From Felis catus (Eukaryota), in the NCBI RefSeq assembly GCF_018350175.1, contig NC_058368.1, positions 154,196,001-154,260,000 on the forward strand: DNA of 64,000 nucleotides, written 5' to 3'. The position numbers were made by a program, and so were the translations under genes. Under the pieces are notes generated by a model. The model saw only the letters and a program-made list of their open reading frames with translations. It was not told the origin of the DNA and ran no database searches. This document shows, piece by piece, positions 1-13,024 of this stretch; positions within the stretch are counted from its first letter, which is position 1; each line of letters begins with the position of its first letter.

Positions 1-1582
1 GATGACACTACAGGGATATGAAAAATTCATAACTATAAAGTATCAGGTAATGAATAACAAATGTATTCACTATTTTGTACATTACATGACAGCTAGTTTT
101 AAAATGCTACATATTTTTTCTTACAGTGAGAGCTCATTATAAAATTATTAATAGATATTTTTATTGCCCATCCAGGAACTTTTAGAAGACCAGACAAGAC
201 ACTAGAAAGGAGGCTCTTTTAACTTATGCAATTGTTGATGTTAACATTCTAAACACAGTTTGTAGTTTTATAACTGAACCTAAAAATATGTCAAGTAAAT
301 TTGTCTGAAATTTCATTTTTTCAGACGGAAAAGACACCTGCATATTTGGTTCAATTGTCAGGTTATAATATGCTAATCCAATTTATTTGAATTTGGATTT
401 TTTTAAGCTTTAGAAAACTGACTTTAGAATCCTAATGAATGAACTTTTCATTTCTTTCCATCTAAGTCGTTATTGGCAAAAATCAATGTTGAATTTTGAC
501 AAAAGTCCTGATATGAAGTTATATAATGTGAGCTTGAAATTTCTCATCGGTTAATCTTACTGTCCATTTCAATTCACTTTTCTGTGTTTAATCTCACTTG
601 ATGGGAAGAATAGTATATTGTGTTCAAATATGAAATAATTCTAAAAAGGAGAAAACTACTCAAAACCTTCAGCTGCGTGGTAAAATTGTATAATTTATGT
701 ATATGTTGATGTCTTTATTTCAAAATAGTCCAGTCAGTTATTATTTATACACAAAATATCAATGCACGGTATCTTTGTTGCACTTGAGCATTGGTTAAGA
801 CAGAACCATTGTAGAAGACTGGCCTTCACCATTCTCCTATTTCAGAGAACAGGCTTTCTAGGAAATGAGACAATGTGGTTGACTTTTCTTTAGGAACAGT
901 AAGGACGAGATGTATAAATTTTTTTTTAGGTCATTGGCATATTAGGGTTCAACTCTCAGTTAATAAGGATTAGGAGAAAGGAGGAGGAGTCCACCATGGC
1001 AGAAAGGGTCAAGAGGTGATGAACACTGGCCTTGTCATCTTTTAAAGTTGATTCAAACTGAAAAGTAACTCAAACTTTAAAGAAACTTTGGAAAGAATGA
1101 CACGTAAGGTCTCAGTGAACCCTGACATTTCATTGTTCATAATTAACAAATATGAATAAAACATCAATTATGTGAAAAATGAAAAAGTAGATGCTGTATT
1201 ATGGTTAGTTGTGACAGCGTTTCTTTTTTTAAGGAATGTTAAAATACCTCAATAACAAGTTAGATTTTTGACCTATCATATTATGCAAAGGCAATGACTA
1301 AACAAAATATGCAGCAGTCTCACGTGTCCATCTGGAAATTTAGACCTCAAGATAAATATATTTAACTTATTCTTAAGATTAGTTATGCAACTCTGTTATG
1401 ATTAGAGTGTTAATATGAGCGCATTCAAATAAGGATAAGAAATGTAGACCTGAGAAAGCTAAAATTCAAGAAATTCCCTGAGCAATGATTGTGATTTGAT
1501 GAATTGACTGTTGACAGGTATTTATCTGCATCACCCTGGTGGTAAATTCTACTGATTGTATTGATAATATTGATAGTATTTT

Positions 1583-1769
1583 GGGGATGCCTGGGTGGTT
1601 CAACTGGTTGAACATCTGACTCTTGATTTTGGCTCTGGTCATGATCTCAGGATCGTGAGATCGAGCCCTGTGGGACACCTCACTGAGCATGGAGCCTGCT
1701 TAAGATTCTCTCTCCCTGTACCTGTGCCCCTTTCCTGTACTCATGCTCTCTCTCTAAAATAAAAAAAAA
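1583..1769 (+). mobile_element. CanSINE, older carnivore-wide type (SINEC_b/c-like)
   Basis: GGGGATGCCTGGGTGGTTCA tRNA-derived head, GACTCTTGATTTTGGCTC body, (CT)n tract and A tail. Confidence 0.9.
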
Positions 1770-1824
1770 TTGTTGATTATATTTTTATTCATAAATCAGT
1801 TTAACCGAGAGGCTTCATTTATTA

Positions 1825-2270
1825 CCTTAGCAAATATTTATTGAACGTGTATTATGTCTCCAGGCATTATTCAAGACACAGAATAAAAGGATAAGGAGAA
1901 AAAAAAAAAGAGATGGTTCCTCTTGCTACCATGTATATTTTGGAGATAAATTCTAACCAGGCTAGGGTTCCATTTACTATTAATAGAGCCATGATTTACC
2001 TCATAAACGTATGTGATCTCAATGTCTCACGTGTCAGAAGTGCTCTCATGGAGCACTTCATGTGAGTATTCATTCTGCCTGCTCTCCCCTTTTCTCCTGC
2101 TTTATGGCCTCTACATCTGTCATGGTTTATTCAGCTTTATCTCATGCATTCATTTACCACATATTTTTGAACACCTTGGAAATTCCAAGCACTGATTTCA
2201 TCTCTGGTGATACGGAGGTAAATATAGACAAAAGGCTATACAGAAAAGCTCCTCAAATTAAATCTTAGTT
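1825..2270. mobile_element. Degenerate L2 3'-end fragments
   Basis: CAAATATTTATTGAACGTGTATTATGTCTCCAGGCA and CATTCATTTACCACATATTTTTGAACACC resemble L2 terminal motifs; boundaries approximate. Confidence 0.5.
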
Positions 2271-2808
2271 AATGCCCACACCGAGAAGATGAAAACAGTA
2301 GGTGTTACTTTTGGAGAGAATACAGAATAAATATTCATAGAAGTAGATGTAGACAACTCATAAAAAGCTACTAATACCAAAGAAGAATATTTCTATATGA
2401 AAGAGATGTTTAAAAGATATGAGGTATGAAGATAAATGAAGTCTGATAACACTTTTTTCACTAATAATTCATGAGAGTAATATTAAAATTAAAAAAAAAA
2501 TAATAATGAAAATCAAGACAATTGACCAGATAATTTAGGGCAGCTTTTTTTCCCCTAAGTAATAACTCCATGTGACAGAAAAATGGTGCCTGATTTGTTT
2601 TTCTTTTCATTTTTCCAATTTTCCATTTAAGTCTGGAAGAGATACTCTACCCTGTCACAAAAATCAAGTTATAGTATTATAGCAATGGCTGGAGTATTGA
2701 TTCAACCAAACAGTGTATAAATCTAGCATGTATTAATTGAACAACTGCAAATCAGTAAATTAGTGTTTTACAAACCTTTGCTTATTTCTGCTTGTAGTAG
2801 AAATTTTT

Positions 2809-3027
2809 TTTTTTAATTTTTTTTTCAACGTTTATTTATTTTTGGGACAGAGAGAGACAGAGCATGAACGGGGAAGGGCAGAGAGAGAGGGAGACACAGA
2901 ATCGGAAACAGGCTCCAGGCTCTGAGCCATCAGCCCAGAGCCCGACGCGGGGCTCGAACTCACGGACCGCGAGATCGTGACCTGGCTGAAGTCGGACGCT
3001 CAACCGACTGCGCCACCCAGGCGCCCC
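2809..3027 (-). mobile_element. Young felid CanSINE (SINEC_Fc-like)
   Basis: Ends in CCACCCAGGCGCCCC; CpGs retained; perfect 16-bp TSD TGTAGTAGAAATTTTT at 2793-2808 and 3028-3043. Confidence 0.97.
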
Positions 3028-3749
3028 TGTAGTAGAAATTTTTGTGATCTTTTACTTTTGGCCCACTTTATTATCAGTGCATTAACATCAATTATACAGC
3101 ATTTTAACAATAAAGTATCTTCAAATAGAACTGCAATGTAAACATTTCTAACAATTTATTTTAATATTTAAGTAATAATATATACCATTAACTATGGAAT
3201 CACCATTCTCTGTTATGAAAATCAGAAATATTACAGAGAGTAAACCTAGGATGAGAGACGAAAAAATATATTATCTGATTTAGGTAACATTAACGGGCAA
3301 TATTTTCCATAGTATGTTGTTTGGAATGTTGATATGTATTAAGAACTTCTGATCTAATGTGTTGGAATATATTCATTTGAATAAGGTAAAATAAGCTTTT
3401 TTATTACAACATCTCAGAGATCTGATAGATCATGGAAACCATCAGGGCATAGATTGTTTTTATCTTACTTACCTTTATATATTTAGTGTGAGATTCATTA
3501 TAAATATTATTTTAATTGATAAATACCAGAATGGTAATTTTCCAGAATGAGAGTGAAATATGCAGTCATGCTTAAATACATTTGGCCATGGGACCATTTT
3601 TTGCTGTATAGCCACACTTCGAAAAATGCTAATGTTAATGTAATTCATGGAAGAAGAAATTCTATTACTAGGAATACTTTTTGCCCAAATTTCCTCTAGA
3701 ACCAATCTTTTTTAAAAAGATGTCTGTTATAGGGGAAACTCAAGAATCA

Positions 3750-4110
3750 CCTATTGATATTATATACAGTATTGGGAATATGAAGATTGCTTGAATCAAG
3801 CAATCCCTGCCTTCCAGATTTTTCCATAGAGCACTGAAACAATCTGTGCTTACATAGTTTACTGTACTGTAAACACTAGTATGCAGAGAATGCTATAGAA
3901 GCACAGGGAGGAGGCTGTTTCCCCAGCTGGTGGGTGTTCAAGGCTAGCTGTGGGAAGACCTGTGTGTGTAGGATTAGGCATTAACCATGGGAGAGTAGCA
4001 AAGGCCTTGCAGGTAAAGGGAGTTTCGGTGGTTGAAATGGCTAAAACAGAAGTTTTTGCAGGAAACTCTTGGAGATAGAAGTCAGGGAGTGGGCAAAGGT
4101 GGAGCTGAAG
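3750..4110. mobile_element. Degenerate L2 fragment
   Basis: Purine-rich L2-like run (TGCTATAGAAGCACAGGGAGGAGG...); approximate. Confidence 0.45.
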
Positions 4111-4294
4111 GCACACAGAAGATCTCAGAGGGAATGGTCTGCTCAGGAGTGTGCTCGACAATGGGCCACGTATTATGGGAGCCTGAGAAGTGTATCATCC
4201 ATCTCCAGAGACCAGATATACACACAGGAGAAGTTAGGAACAGATATAAGTGGCATTTTGAGGGCAATAAATGGGGAATAAAGCAAGACAGATG

Positions 4295-5050
4295 CCAAAT
4301 AGCATTTGTTATACACATACTATGTGCCAAGCACTTTGCATTTGTTATTAAATTTAACCCACTTAATAAGGCTATGTATTTGGTAGCTATCATGCACTGC
4401 TGGCACAAAAGTTGAGAGGCAATATACTCTGCTGTTTAAGAACATGGACTCTGAAGCCAAGGGATTGGGGTTTGAATCCTATTTGTGCAACTTGTAGTGT
4501 TACCTTGTACATTCTACTGAAGAGCTATAGAGAAAGATACATAGAGAAAGATCCATGCATTGTGTATCAGTGCCTTTATGCAGAAGGACTCAAAACACCA
4601 CCTATTTTAGGGGGTCATTGTGTGGGGTAAATAAGTTAATACATATAAGGTATATTAAACAATAATTGGCACATGTTTTTTAAATATTTTTTTATAATTT
4701 TTAAATGTTTTTTTTTTTTATTTTTTATTTTTGAAGGAGAGAGAGAGCATGAGCGGGGGAAGAGCAGAGAGAGAGGGAGACACAGAATCCGAAGCAGGGT
4801 CCAGGCTCCGAGCTGTCAGCACAGAGCCCCATGGGGGCTTAAACTCAGGAACCAAGAGATTATGATCTGAGCTGAAGTCGGATGCTCAACCGACTGAGCC
4901 ACCCATGTGCCCCAATAATTGGCACATGTTAAGGACCAGAGAGTTACTCTGCTACAGAACAAGAAACTTGCCCAAAGTCATGTAGCTATTTCATAGTAAA
5001 GTTAGGATTCATTTTCAGCCTATCTGACTTCAAAGTCCGGGCTCTGTTTT
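4295..5050. mobile_element. Nested MIR fragments: a - strand MIR split by a + strand MIR
   Basis: TACTATGTGCCAAGCACTTT (4318) and AAACTTGCCCAAAGTCATGTAGCTA...CTGACTTCAAAGTCC (4963-5038) on -; TTAAGAACATGGACTCTGAAGCCA...GGGTTTGAATCCT (4436-4480) on +. Confidence 0.65.
4678..4913 (-). mobile_element. CanSINE (SINEC_Fc2-like)
   Basis: Typical body; perfect 17-bp TSD AATAATTGGCACATGTT at 4661-4677 and 4914-4930. Confidence 0.95.
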
Positions 5051-5564
5051 CACTGTCTCCAGACACTGCATGATTAATTTCTAAATACATTGTACAGAAA
5101 AGAATTTTACAGGGGACTCAGAGCTAGGAGAATTCGCTCCAGGTTGAGGTAGTCAGGGAGATCTTTATTGAAGAGGTGGGATCTGAGGCAGACCCTGAAA
5201 GATTATTGGAATTTTGAGCAATGGACAGAGGAGTGGGCATATTAAGTGAATGTATTGGCATGGGTAGAGGTATAGTTTTAGAAAAGTGCAAATAACTGTA
5301 ACTTGGTATCTATTCTTCTGACTTGGTAATCCTGACAAAAATATAGCCAGGTAAAATTAATTTGAAAGGAAAATACTAACTTGAACCTCACCACTCAAAT
5401 CATGAAATTTTTATTTTTTCATCTTTTGTGTTATAAGTATTTATCCACAGATAAATATATTAACTTTTTAATAATTGTGATCATGGGAAAAATCATGATT
5501 AAACTATTAGTCAAGCACTATATGGCACGTCTCTTGCTGTACTATGCAGCATTTGAAGAAATCA

Positions 5565-5567
<3 letters not shown>

Positions 5568-5631
<64 letters not shown>

Positions 5632-5640
5632 TACATACAT
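5568..5640. repeat. Compound microsatellite (TA)n(CA)n(TACA)n
   Basis: Direct reading. Confidence 0.97.
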
Positions 5641-7307
5641 ATAGATATGTATGTTTGTATACATTTATACCCACACACATAAACACACATAGATTTATAT
5701 AATACTCTGGTATATGTCCTAATATTTAAATGAACTTCATGAATCTGAAGCAGAATGTCTAAGCAATATTGTTGGATCATAGTATAAATTGAAAGAATTG
5801 ATTAAACATTTGTCAGTTAAGAGTTACAGTTTCAAGAGTAGAAAACCATATCTTTATTACTTTAAAATCAATGCATGAGGAAAAATTAATTGACATACAT
5901 AATTGTGAATACAGGATTCTGAAAAGTTTCTATGTTGAGCTCAAGGGAATGCTAATAGCTGAGACTCAAATCTTACCTTATTTTGGTAATTACTATATAA
6001 ATTCATATCTAATATAATAATAGCTAACAGTTATGGGTGCTTATGGAATTTTTCATGGACTATTCTGGGCATTTTTGAATACTTTTTAAAATCATTTAAT
6101 TTTCAAATCAACTCACTGAGATAGATGGTTAGGAAATTTAAGGAGAAGTTAAATGACGCTCTCAGATCCAGCCTTGAAATAATCCTAGTGGTGAGGTGGA
6201 TGGAGTACTAAAGTTGTCCAGACATAGATCATGTGCCCACTTGGGTGATTACCCAGACGGTGGAAGGACTCACTCTGTCAAAATCACCCGACAGACATTG
6301 GGAAAGGATTTCAGAGCTGGCATAATTAATGATAGATGTCTGCTACTGAAATCCACGTAAGGTTTATAACGACTTTTCTTGCTTCTCAGGATCTTCCTGC
6401 TTTCCCCCCCCCAAAAATACAAACTTTTTGCTTGAGTAAAATCGAGAAAAATAAAAGTGCTAAAATGGTAGATTGTTTTTATTTGATATAGTAAGTGTAT
6501 ATTCTTACCATTTAGATTACATACTTAATAGAAGAGTTAAATGAGAAAATTCGCATTACCCTATAGCAACCCAAATAAAAAACCTTGTGCCTGTTTGAAA
6601 AATAACAGTATAAAGGCAGCTTTTTGATCTCTAAATCTGAAATTGGATTGATCTGTCTACTTGAAGCTGAAGAATGACTAGTTCTAAAGCAGAGTTTAAG
6701 TTATCTAGTCTAGTCCTGGGTAAAGTGTTTGTCGGGCCCATCATTTACCAAATTGTACTCATTTACCTACCAAATTTATGAACTTTGCTCTCTCTAAATT
6801 AAATTAACTAATAATTTTTGCTTCACATGGATTATCTTAAAACAGTATTATAAATGAAAGTGGATCTTTTCCAATATATTTTTTAAATAAAATTATTGTA
6901 ACTTTTAACAACGTGCCTTTGCAGTACCAAATTCCAAACTTACGCCGTCAAGTGATAGTCATATTATATATTATAAAGTACTAGTTTTGGGTTTTTAAGC
7001 ATCTTTATGAAGAAAGAGGCCCAGCTTCCTTGATATTGGCATTCTTTAAATACCCTTCGTTAACAACAGGCTAACGTTATACTGTGACATTTCTCTTTGA
7101 GCAATATGTGACCTCTTCTATAAATGATATCAGGAAACATAGCACAGCAACATTCCGTGAAAAAGCAATAGTCATCTATTCTTCAACTTAGGCTGTATTT
7201 TGAGGTCGTCAATTTTTCTGAGAGTTTAAAAAACAACAATATTTCAAGAAAGATAGAGAAAGACAAACTTATTCACTGTTTTGTTTTTCTTTCTCAAGTG
7301 TTTGTTT

Positions 7308-7309
7308 GT

Positions 7310-7344
<35 letters not shown>

Positions 7345-9885
7345 TTTTATATATGAAATTTATTGACAAATTGGTTTCCATACAACACCCAGTGCTCATC
7401 CCAAAAGGTGCCCTCCTCAATACCCATCACCCACCCTCTCCTCCCTCCCACCCCCCATCAACCCTCAGTTTGTTCTCAGTTTTTAAGAGTCTCTTATGCT
7501 TTGGCTCTCTCCCACTCTAACCTCTTTTTTTTTTTTTCCTTCCCCCTCCCCCATGGGTTCCTGTTAAGTTTCTCAGGATCCACATAAGAGTGAAACCATA
7601 TGGTATCTGTCTTTCTCTGTATGGCTTATTTCACTTAGCATCACACTCTCCAGTTCCATCCACGTTGCTACAAAAGGCCATATTTCATTTTTTCTAATTG
7701 CCACGTAGTATTCCATTGTGTATATAAACCACAATTTCTTTATCCATTCATCAGTTGATGGACATTTAGGCTCTTTCCATAATTTGGCTATTGTTGAGAG
7801 TGCTGCTATGAACATTGGGGTACAAGTGGCCCTATGCATCAGTACTCCTGTATCCCTTGGATAAATTCCTAGCAGTGCTATTGCTGGGTCATAGGGTAGG
7901 TCTATTTTTAATTTTCTGAGGAACTTCCACACTGCTTTCCAGAGCGGCTGCACCAATTTGCATTCCCACCAACAGGGCAAGAGGGTTCCCGTTTCTCCAC
8001 ATCCTCTCCAGCATCTATAGTCTCCTGATTTGTTCATTTTGGCCACTCTGACTGGCGTGAGGTGATCCCTGAGTGTGGTTTTGATTTGTATTTCCCTGAT
8101 AAGGAGCGACGCTGAACATCTTCTCATGTGCCTGTTGGCCATCCGGATGTCTTCTTTAGAGAAGTGTCTATTCATGTTTTCTGCCCATTTCTTCACTGGG
8201 TTATTTGTTTTTCGGGTGTGGAGTTTGGTGAGCTCTTTATAGATTTTGGATACTAGCCCTTTGTCTGATATGTCATTTGCGAATATCTTTTCCCATTCCG
8301 TTGGTTGCCTTTTAGTTTTGTTGGTTGTTTCCTTTGCTGTGCAGAAGCTTTTTATCTTCATAAGGTCCCAGTAGTTCCTTTTTGCTTTTAATTCCCTTGC
8401 CTTTGGGGATGTGTCGAGTAAGAGATTGCTACGGCTGAGGTCAGAGAGGTCTTTTCCTGCTTTCTCCTCTAAGGTTTTGATGGTTTCCTGTCTCACATTC
8501 AGGTCCTTTATCCATTTTGAGTTTATTTTTGTGAATGGTGTGAGAAAGTGGTCTAGTTTCAACCTTCTGCATGTTGCTGTCCAGTTCTCCCAGCACCATT
8601 TGTTAAAGAGGCTGTCTTTTTTCCATTGGATGTTCTTTCCTGCTTTGTCAAAGATGAGTTGGCCATACGTTTGTGGGTCTAGTTCTGGGGTTTCTATTCT
8701 ATTCCATTGGTCTATGTGTCTGTTTTTGTGCCAGTACCATGCTGTCTTGATGATGACAGCTTTGTAGTAGAGGCTAAAGTCTGGGATTGTGATGCCTCCT
8801 GCTTTGGTCGTCTTCTTCAAAATTCCTTTGGCTATTCGGGGCCTTTTGTGGTTCCATATGAATTTTAGGATTGCTTGTTCTAGTTTCGAGAAGAATGCTG
8901 GTGCAATTTTGATTGGGATTGCATTGAATGTGTACATAGCTTTGGGTAGTATTGACATTTTGACAATATTTATTCTTCCAACCCATGAGCAGGGAATGTC
9001 TTTCCATTTCTTTATATCTTCTTCAATTTCCTTCATAAGCTTTCTATAGTTTTCAGCATACAGATCCTTTACATCTTTGGTTAGATTTATTCCTAGGTAT
9101 TTTATGCTTCTTGGTGCAATTGTGAATGGGATCAGTTTCTTTATTTGTTTTTCTGTTGCTTCATTGTTAGTGTATAAGAATGCAACTGATTTCTGTACAT
9201 TGATTCTGTATCCTGCAACTTTGCTGAATTCCTGTATCAGTTCTAGCAGACTTTTGGTGGAGTCTATCGTATTTTCCATGTATAGTATCATGTCATCTGC
9301 AAAAAGCGAAAGCTTGACTTCATCTTTGCCAATTTTGATGTCTTTGATTTCCTTTTGTTGTCTGATTGCTGATGCTAGAACTTCCAGCACTATGTTAAAC
9401 AGCAGCGGTGAGAGTGGGCATCCCTGTCGTGTTCCTGATCTCAGGGAAAAAGCTCTCAGTTTTTCCCCGTTGAGGATGATGTTAGCTGTGGGCTTTTCAT
9501 AAATGGCCTTCATGATCTTTAAGTATGTTCCTTCTATCCCGACTTTCTCAAGGGTTTTTATTAAGAAAGGGTGCTGGATTTTGTCAAAGGCCTTTTCTGC
9601 ATCGATTGACAGGATCATATGGTTCTTCTCTTTTTTTTTGTTAATGTGATGTATCACGTTGATTGATTTGCGAATGTTGAACCAGCCCTGCATCCCAGGA
9701 ATGAATCCCACTTGATCATGGTGAATAATTCTTTTTATATGCCGTTGAATTCGATTTGCTAGTATCTTATTGAGAATTTTTGCACCCATATTCATCAGGG
9801 ATATTGGCCTGTATTTCTCTTTTTTGACTGGGTCTCTGTCTGGTTTAGGAATCAAAGTAATACTGGCTTCATAGAATGAGTCTGG
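7308..9885 (-). mobile_element. Young 5'-truncated felid LINE-1 (L1_Fc-like), about 2.6 kb
   Basis: Open ORF2 frame, G-rich 3'UTR and (TAAA)n tail; TSD TCAAGTGTTT(G/A)TTT at 7294-7307 and 9886-9899. Confidence 0.95.
7573..9885 (-). CDS. LINE-1 ORF2p fragment (reverse transcriptase and C-terminal domain; no endonuclease domain); open frame but probably not expressed
   Basis: Uninterrupted frame from [15 protein letters not shown] through [25 protein letters not shown] and KYLGI to CWRGC...CWWEC; the track start at 9855 is a TTG and the first ATG is at 9795. Confidence 0.9.
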   Translation of the reverse strand, partial: PDSFYEASITLIPKPDRDPVKKEKYRPISLMNMGAKILNKILANRIQRHIKRIIHHDQVGFIPGMQGWFNIRKSINVIHHINKKKEKNHMILSIDAEKAFDKIQHPFLIKTLEKVGIEGTYLKIMKAIYEKPTANIILNGEKLRAFSLRSGTRQGCPLSPLLFNIVLEVLASAIRQQKEIKDIKIGKDEVKLSLFADDMILYMENTIDSTKSLLELIQEFSKVAGYRINVQKSVAFLYTNNEATEKQIKKLIPFTIAPRSIKYLGINLTKDVKDLYAENYRKLMKEIEEDIKKWKDIPCSWVGRINIVKMSILPKAMYTFNAIPIKIAPAFFSKLEQAILKFIWNHKRPRIAKGILKKTTKAGGITIPDFSLYYKAVIIKTAWYWHKNRHIDQWNRIETPELDPQTYGQLIFDKAGKNIQWKKDSLFNKWCWENWTATCRRLKLDHFLTPFTKINSKWIKDLNVRQETIKTLEEKAGKDLSDLSRSNLLLDTSPKARELKAKRNYWDLMKIKSFCTAKETTNKTKRQPTEWEKIFANDISDKGLVSKIYKELTKLHTRKTNNPVKKWAENMNRHFSKEDIRMANRHMRRCSASLLIREIQIKTTLRDHLTPVRVAKMNKSGDYRCWRGCGETGTLLPCWWECKLVQPLWKAVWKFLRKLKIDLPYDPAIALLGIYPRDTGVLMHRATCTPMFIAALSTIAKLWKEPKCPSTDEWIKKLWFIYTMEYYVAIRKNEIWPFVATWMELESVMLSEISHTEKDRYHMVSLLCGS

Positions 9886-11219
9886 TCAAGTGTTTATTTA
9901 AATTCAAGTTAGGTAACTTACAGTGTAGTGTAGTTTCAGGATACAATTTAGTGATTCATCACTTACATACAACACCCAATGCTTATCACAAGTATTCTCC
10001 TTAATACCCATTACTCATGTAACCCATCCCCTGACACGTCTGCTCCAGCAAACTTTACTTTGTTCTCTGTAGTTCAGAGTCTGTTTTATGGTTTTCCTTT
10101 CCCTTCCCCTTCCCCATATCCATCTATCCTGTTTCTCACATTCCACACATGAGTGAAATCATACGGTAATTGTCTTCTCTCTGACTTATTTTGGTTAGCA
10201 TAATGCTCTCTAGCTCCATCCACATTGTTGCAAATGGCAAGATTTCATTCTTTTTCATGGCTGAGTAATGGCTATTCCATTGTGTATGTATACTCTCTCT
10301 TCTTTATCCATTCATCAGACAATGGACATTTGGGCACTTTTCATAATTTGGGTCTTGTTTACTATACACATCAGAATGCATGCATCCATACTTTTGTATC
10401 CTTTGGGTAAATACTAGTAGTGCAGTTGCTGGATCATATGGTGGTTCTATATTTAAGTTTTTGAGGAACCTCCATATTGTTTTCCACAGTGACTGAACCA
10501 GTTTGCATTCCCATCAACAGTGTAAGATGGTTTCTCTTTCTCTGCATCCTTGCCAACACCTGTTGTTTCTTGTGTTGTTCGTTTTACCCATTTTGACAGG
10601 TGTGAGATGAAATCTCACTGTGGTTTTGATTTGTATTTCCCTGATGATCAGTGATGTTGAGCATCTTTTCAGGTGCATATTAGCCATCTGGATGTCTTCT
10701 CTGGAAAAAGGTCTATTCAAGTCTTCTGCCTATTTCTTCACTGGATTATTTGTTTTTGGAGTGTTGAGTTTGCTAAATTCATTATAAATTGTGTATACTA
10801 GCTGGTTACCAGCTATGTCATTTGAAAATATCTTCTCCCTTTCCATAGATTACCTTTTAGTTTTGTTGATTGTTTCCTTCACTATGCAGAAACTTTTTAT
10901 CTTACTGAGTTCTCAACAGTTTGTTTGGGTTTTTGTTTCCCTTGCCTCTGGTGGCATACCTAGTAAGAAGCTGCTATGCCTGATGTCAAAGAGGTTACTG
11001 CCTGTGTTCTCTTCTAGGATTTTGATGGTTTCCTGTCTCACATTTAGGTATTCATCCAGTTTGAATTTACTTTGGGGATGAAGTAAGAAAGCTGTCATTT
11101 TCATTCCTCTGCATGTTGCCATCCAGTTTCCACAACACCATTTATTGTATATTCTTTACTGCTTTGTCACAGATTTGTCGACCATATAGTTGTGGGTCAA
11201 TTTCTGGGTTTTCTATTCT

Positions 11220-11428
11220 TTTAAAAATTTTTTTTAATGTTTGCTTATTTTTGAGAGATAGAGCAGGGGAAGGGCAGAGAGAGAGAGAGGGAGACATAGA
11301 ATCTGAAGCAGGCTCCAGGCTCTGACTTGTCAGCCCAGAGCCTGATGTGGGGCTCGAATCCATGAACTGTGAGACCATGACCTGAGCCTAAGTCACATGC
11401 TTAACGGACTGAGCCACCCAGGTACCCC
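11220..11428 (-). mobile_element. CanSINE (SINEC_Fc2-like) inserted in L1 ORF2
   Basis: TSD TGGGTTTT(C/G)TA(T/C)TCT at 11205-11219 and 11429-11443. Confidence 0.93.
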
Positions 11429-12827
11429 TGGGTTTTGTACTCTGTTCGATGGATTTATGTGTCTGTTTTTGTATCAGTACCATACTGTTGTGAGCACTAC
11501 AGCTTTGTAATATAACTGAAGTCCAGAATTGTGATGCCTCCAGCTTTGCTTCTCCACCCCATCCCCCCAGATTACTTTGTTTATTTGGGATTTTGTGGTT
11601 CCATACAGATTTTAGGTTTCTTTGTTCTAGCTATGTGAAGAATGCTGCTGGTATTTTGATAGGGATTGCATTAAATGTGCAGATTACTTTGGACAGTATA
11701 AACATTTTAATAATATTCTTCCCATCCATGAGCATGGAATGCTTTTCCATTTCTTTGTGTCTTCTTCAATTTCTTTTATCAGTGTTCTGTAGTTTTCAGA
11801 ATACAGATCTTTTACCTTTTCAGTTAGGCTTATTCCTAGGTATCTTATGGTTTTTGGTGCAATTGTAAATGGGATCTATTCCTTGATTTCTCTTTCTGCT
11901 GCTTTATTATGGGTGTATAGAAATGTAGATTTCTGTATGTGATTTTGTATTCTGCCACTTGGCTGAATTTGTGTATTAGCAACTTTTTGGTGGAGTCTTT
12001 TGGGTTTTCTACATAGATTATCATGTTGTCTGAAAATAGCAAAAGTTTGACTTATTTCTTATAAATTTGGATGCCTTTTATTTCTTTTTGTTGTCTGAGG
12101 AGGCTAGAACTCTCAGTACTATGTTAAATAACAGTGGTAAGAGTGGATAATCCTTGTCCTGTTCATGATTGTAGAGGAAAAACTCTCAGTTTTTCCCTGT
12201 TGAGGATGATATTAGCTGTGAGTTTTTCATATATGGCCTTTATAATGTTGAAGTATGTTCCCTCTACCCCTACTTTGTAGAGGGTTTTTGTCATGAATAG
12301 ATGTTACATTTTGTCAAATTCTTTTCCTGTATCCATTGAGAAGGTCATATGTTTTTTATCCTTTTTAGTGTTATTAATGATAATGCAGTGTATCACATTG
12401 ACTGATTTCTGAATATTGAACCACTCTTGCAACCAAGGAATAAATCCCACTTGATCGTGGGGAATGATTCTTTAAATATACTGTTGGATTCAATTTGCTA
12501 GTATTTTGTTGAGATTTTTGCATCCAGGTTCATCAGAGTTTTGGCCTGTAGTTTTATTTTTTATTGGAGTCTTTGTCTGGTTTTGGATTCAGGGTAATGG
12601 TGATTTCATAGAATGAGTTTGGAAATTGACTTTCCAGTTTTAATTTTTGGAATAGTTTGAGAAGAATAGGTATTAACTCTTCTTTAAATATTTGGTAGAA
12701 TTCACCTGAGAAGCCATTTGGCCCTGGACTTTGTTGGTTGGGAGTTCTTTGATTACTGATGCATTTCTTTGCTTTTTATAGATCTGTTCAAGTTTTCTAT
12801 TTCTTCCTGTTTCAGTTTTGGTAGTTT

Positions 12828-13024
12828 AAGGGTTTTTTCCAAGTTTATCTATTTACTTTGTGGGAGAGGTACAGGGAATGGCAGAGAGAGAGGGAATCCC
12901 AAGCAGGCTCCACACTGCCAGCATAGAACTGGATGTGGGGCTTGAACCCACAAACCACAAGATAATGACCCAAGCCGAATCCAAGAGTCAGGTGCTTAAT
13001 TGACTAAGCCACTCAGGTTTCCCA
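12828..13024 (-). mobile_element. Older CanSINE inserted in L1 ORF2
   Basis: GGAATCCCAAGCAGGCTCCACACTG...CAAGAGTCAG body; degenerate TSD TCA(G/C)TTTTG(G/T)TAGTTT at 12812-12827 and 13025-13040. Confidence 0.88.

Noticed and set aside
3859..4630. Cluster of overlapping ORFs of 70-127 aa
   Set aside because: They overlap L2 and MIR remnants, most start at non-ATG codons, and I recognise no domain
8411..9502. + strand ORFs of 86-141 aa
   Set aside because: They are antisense shadows of L1 ORF2
7573..9855. 760-aa reverse transcriptase as a novel retron-like or domesticated RT system
   Set aside because: It is ordinary LINE-1 ORF2p within a 5'-truncated insertion that has a TSD and tail; there is no partner gene, promoter or endonuclease domain
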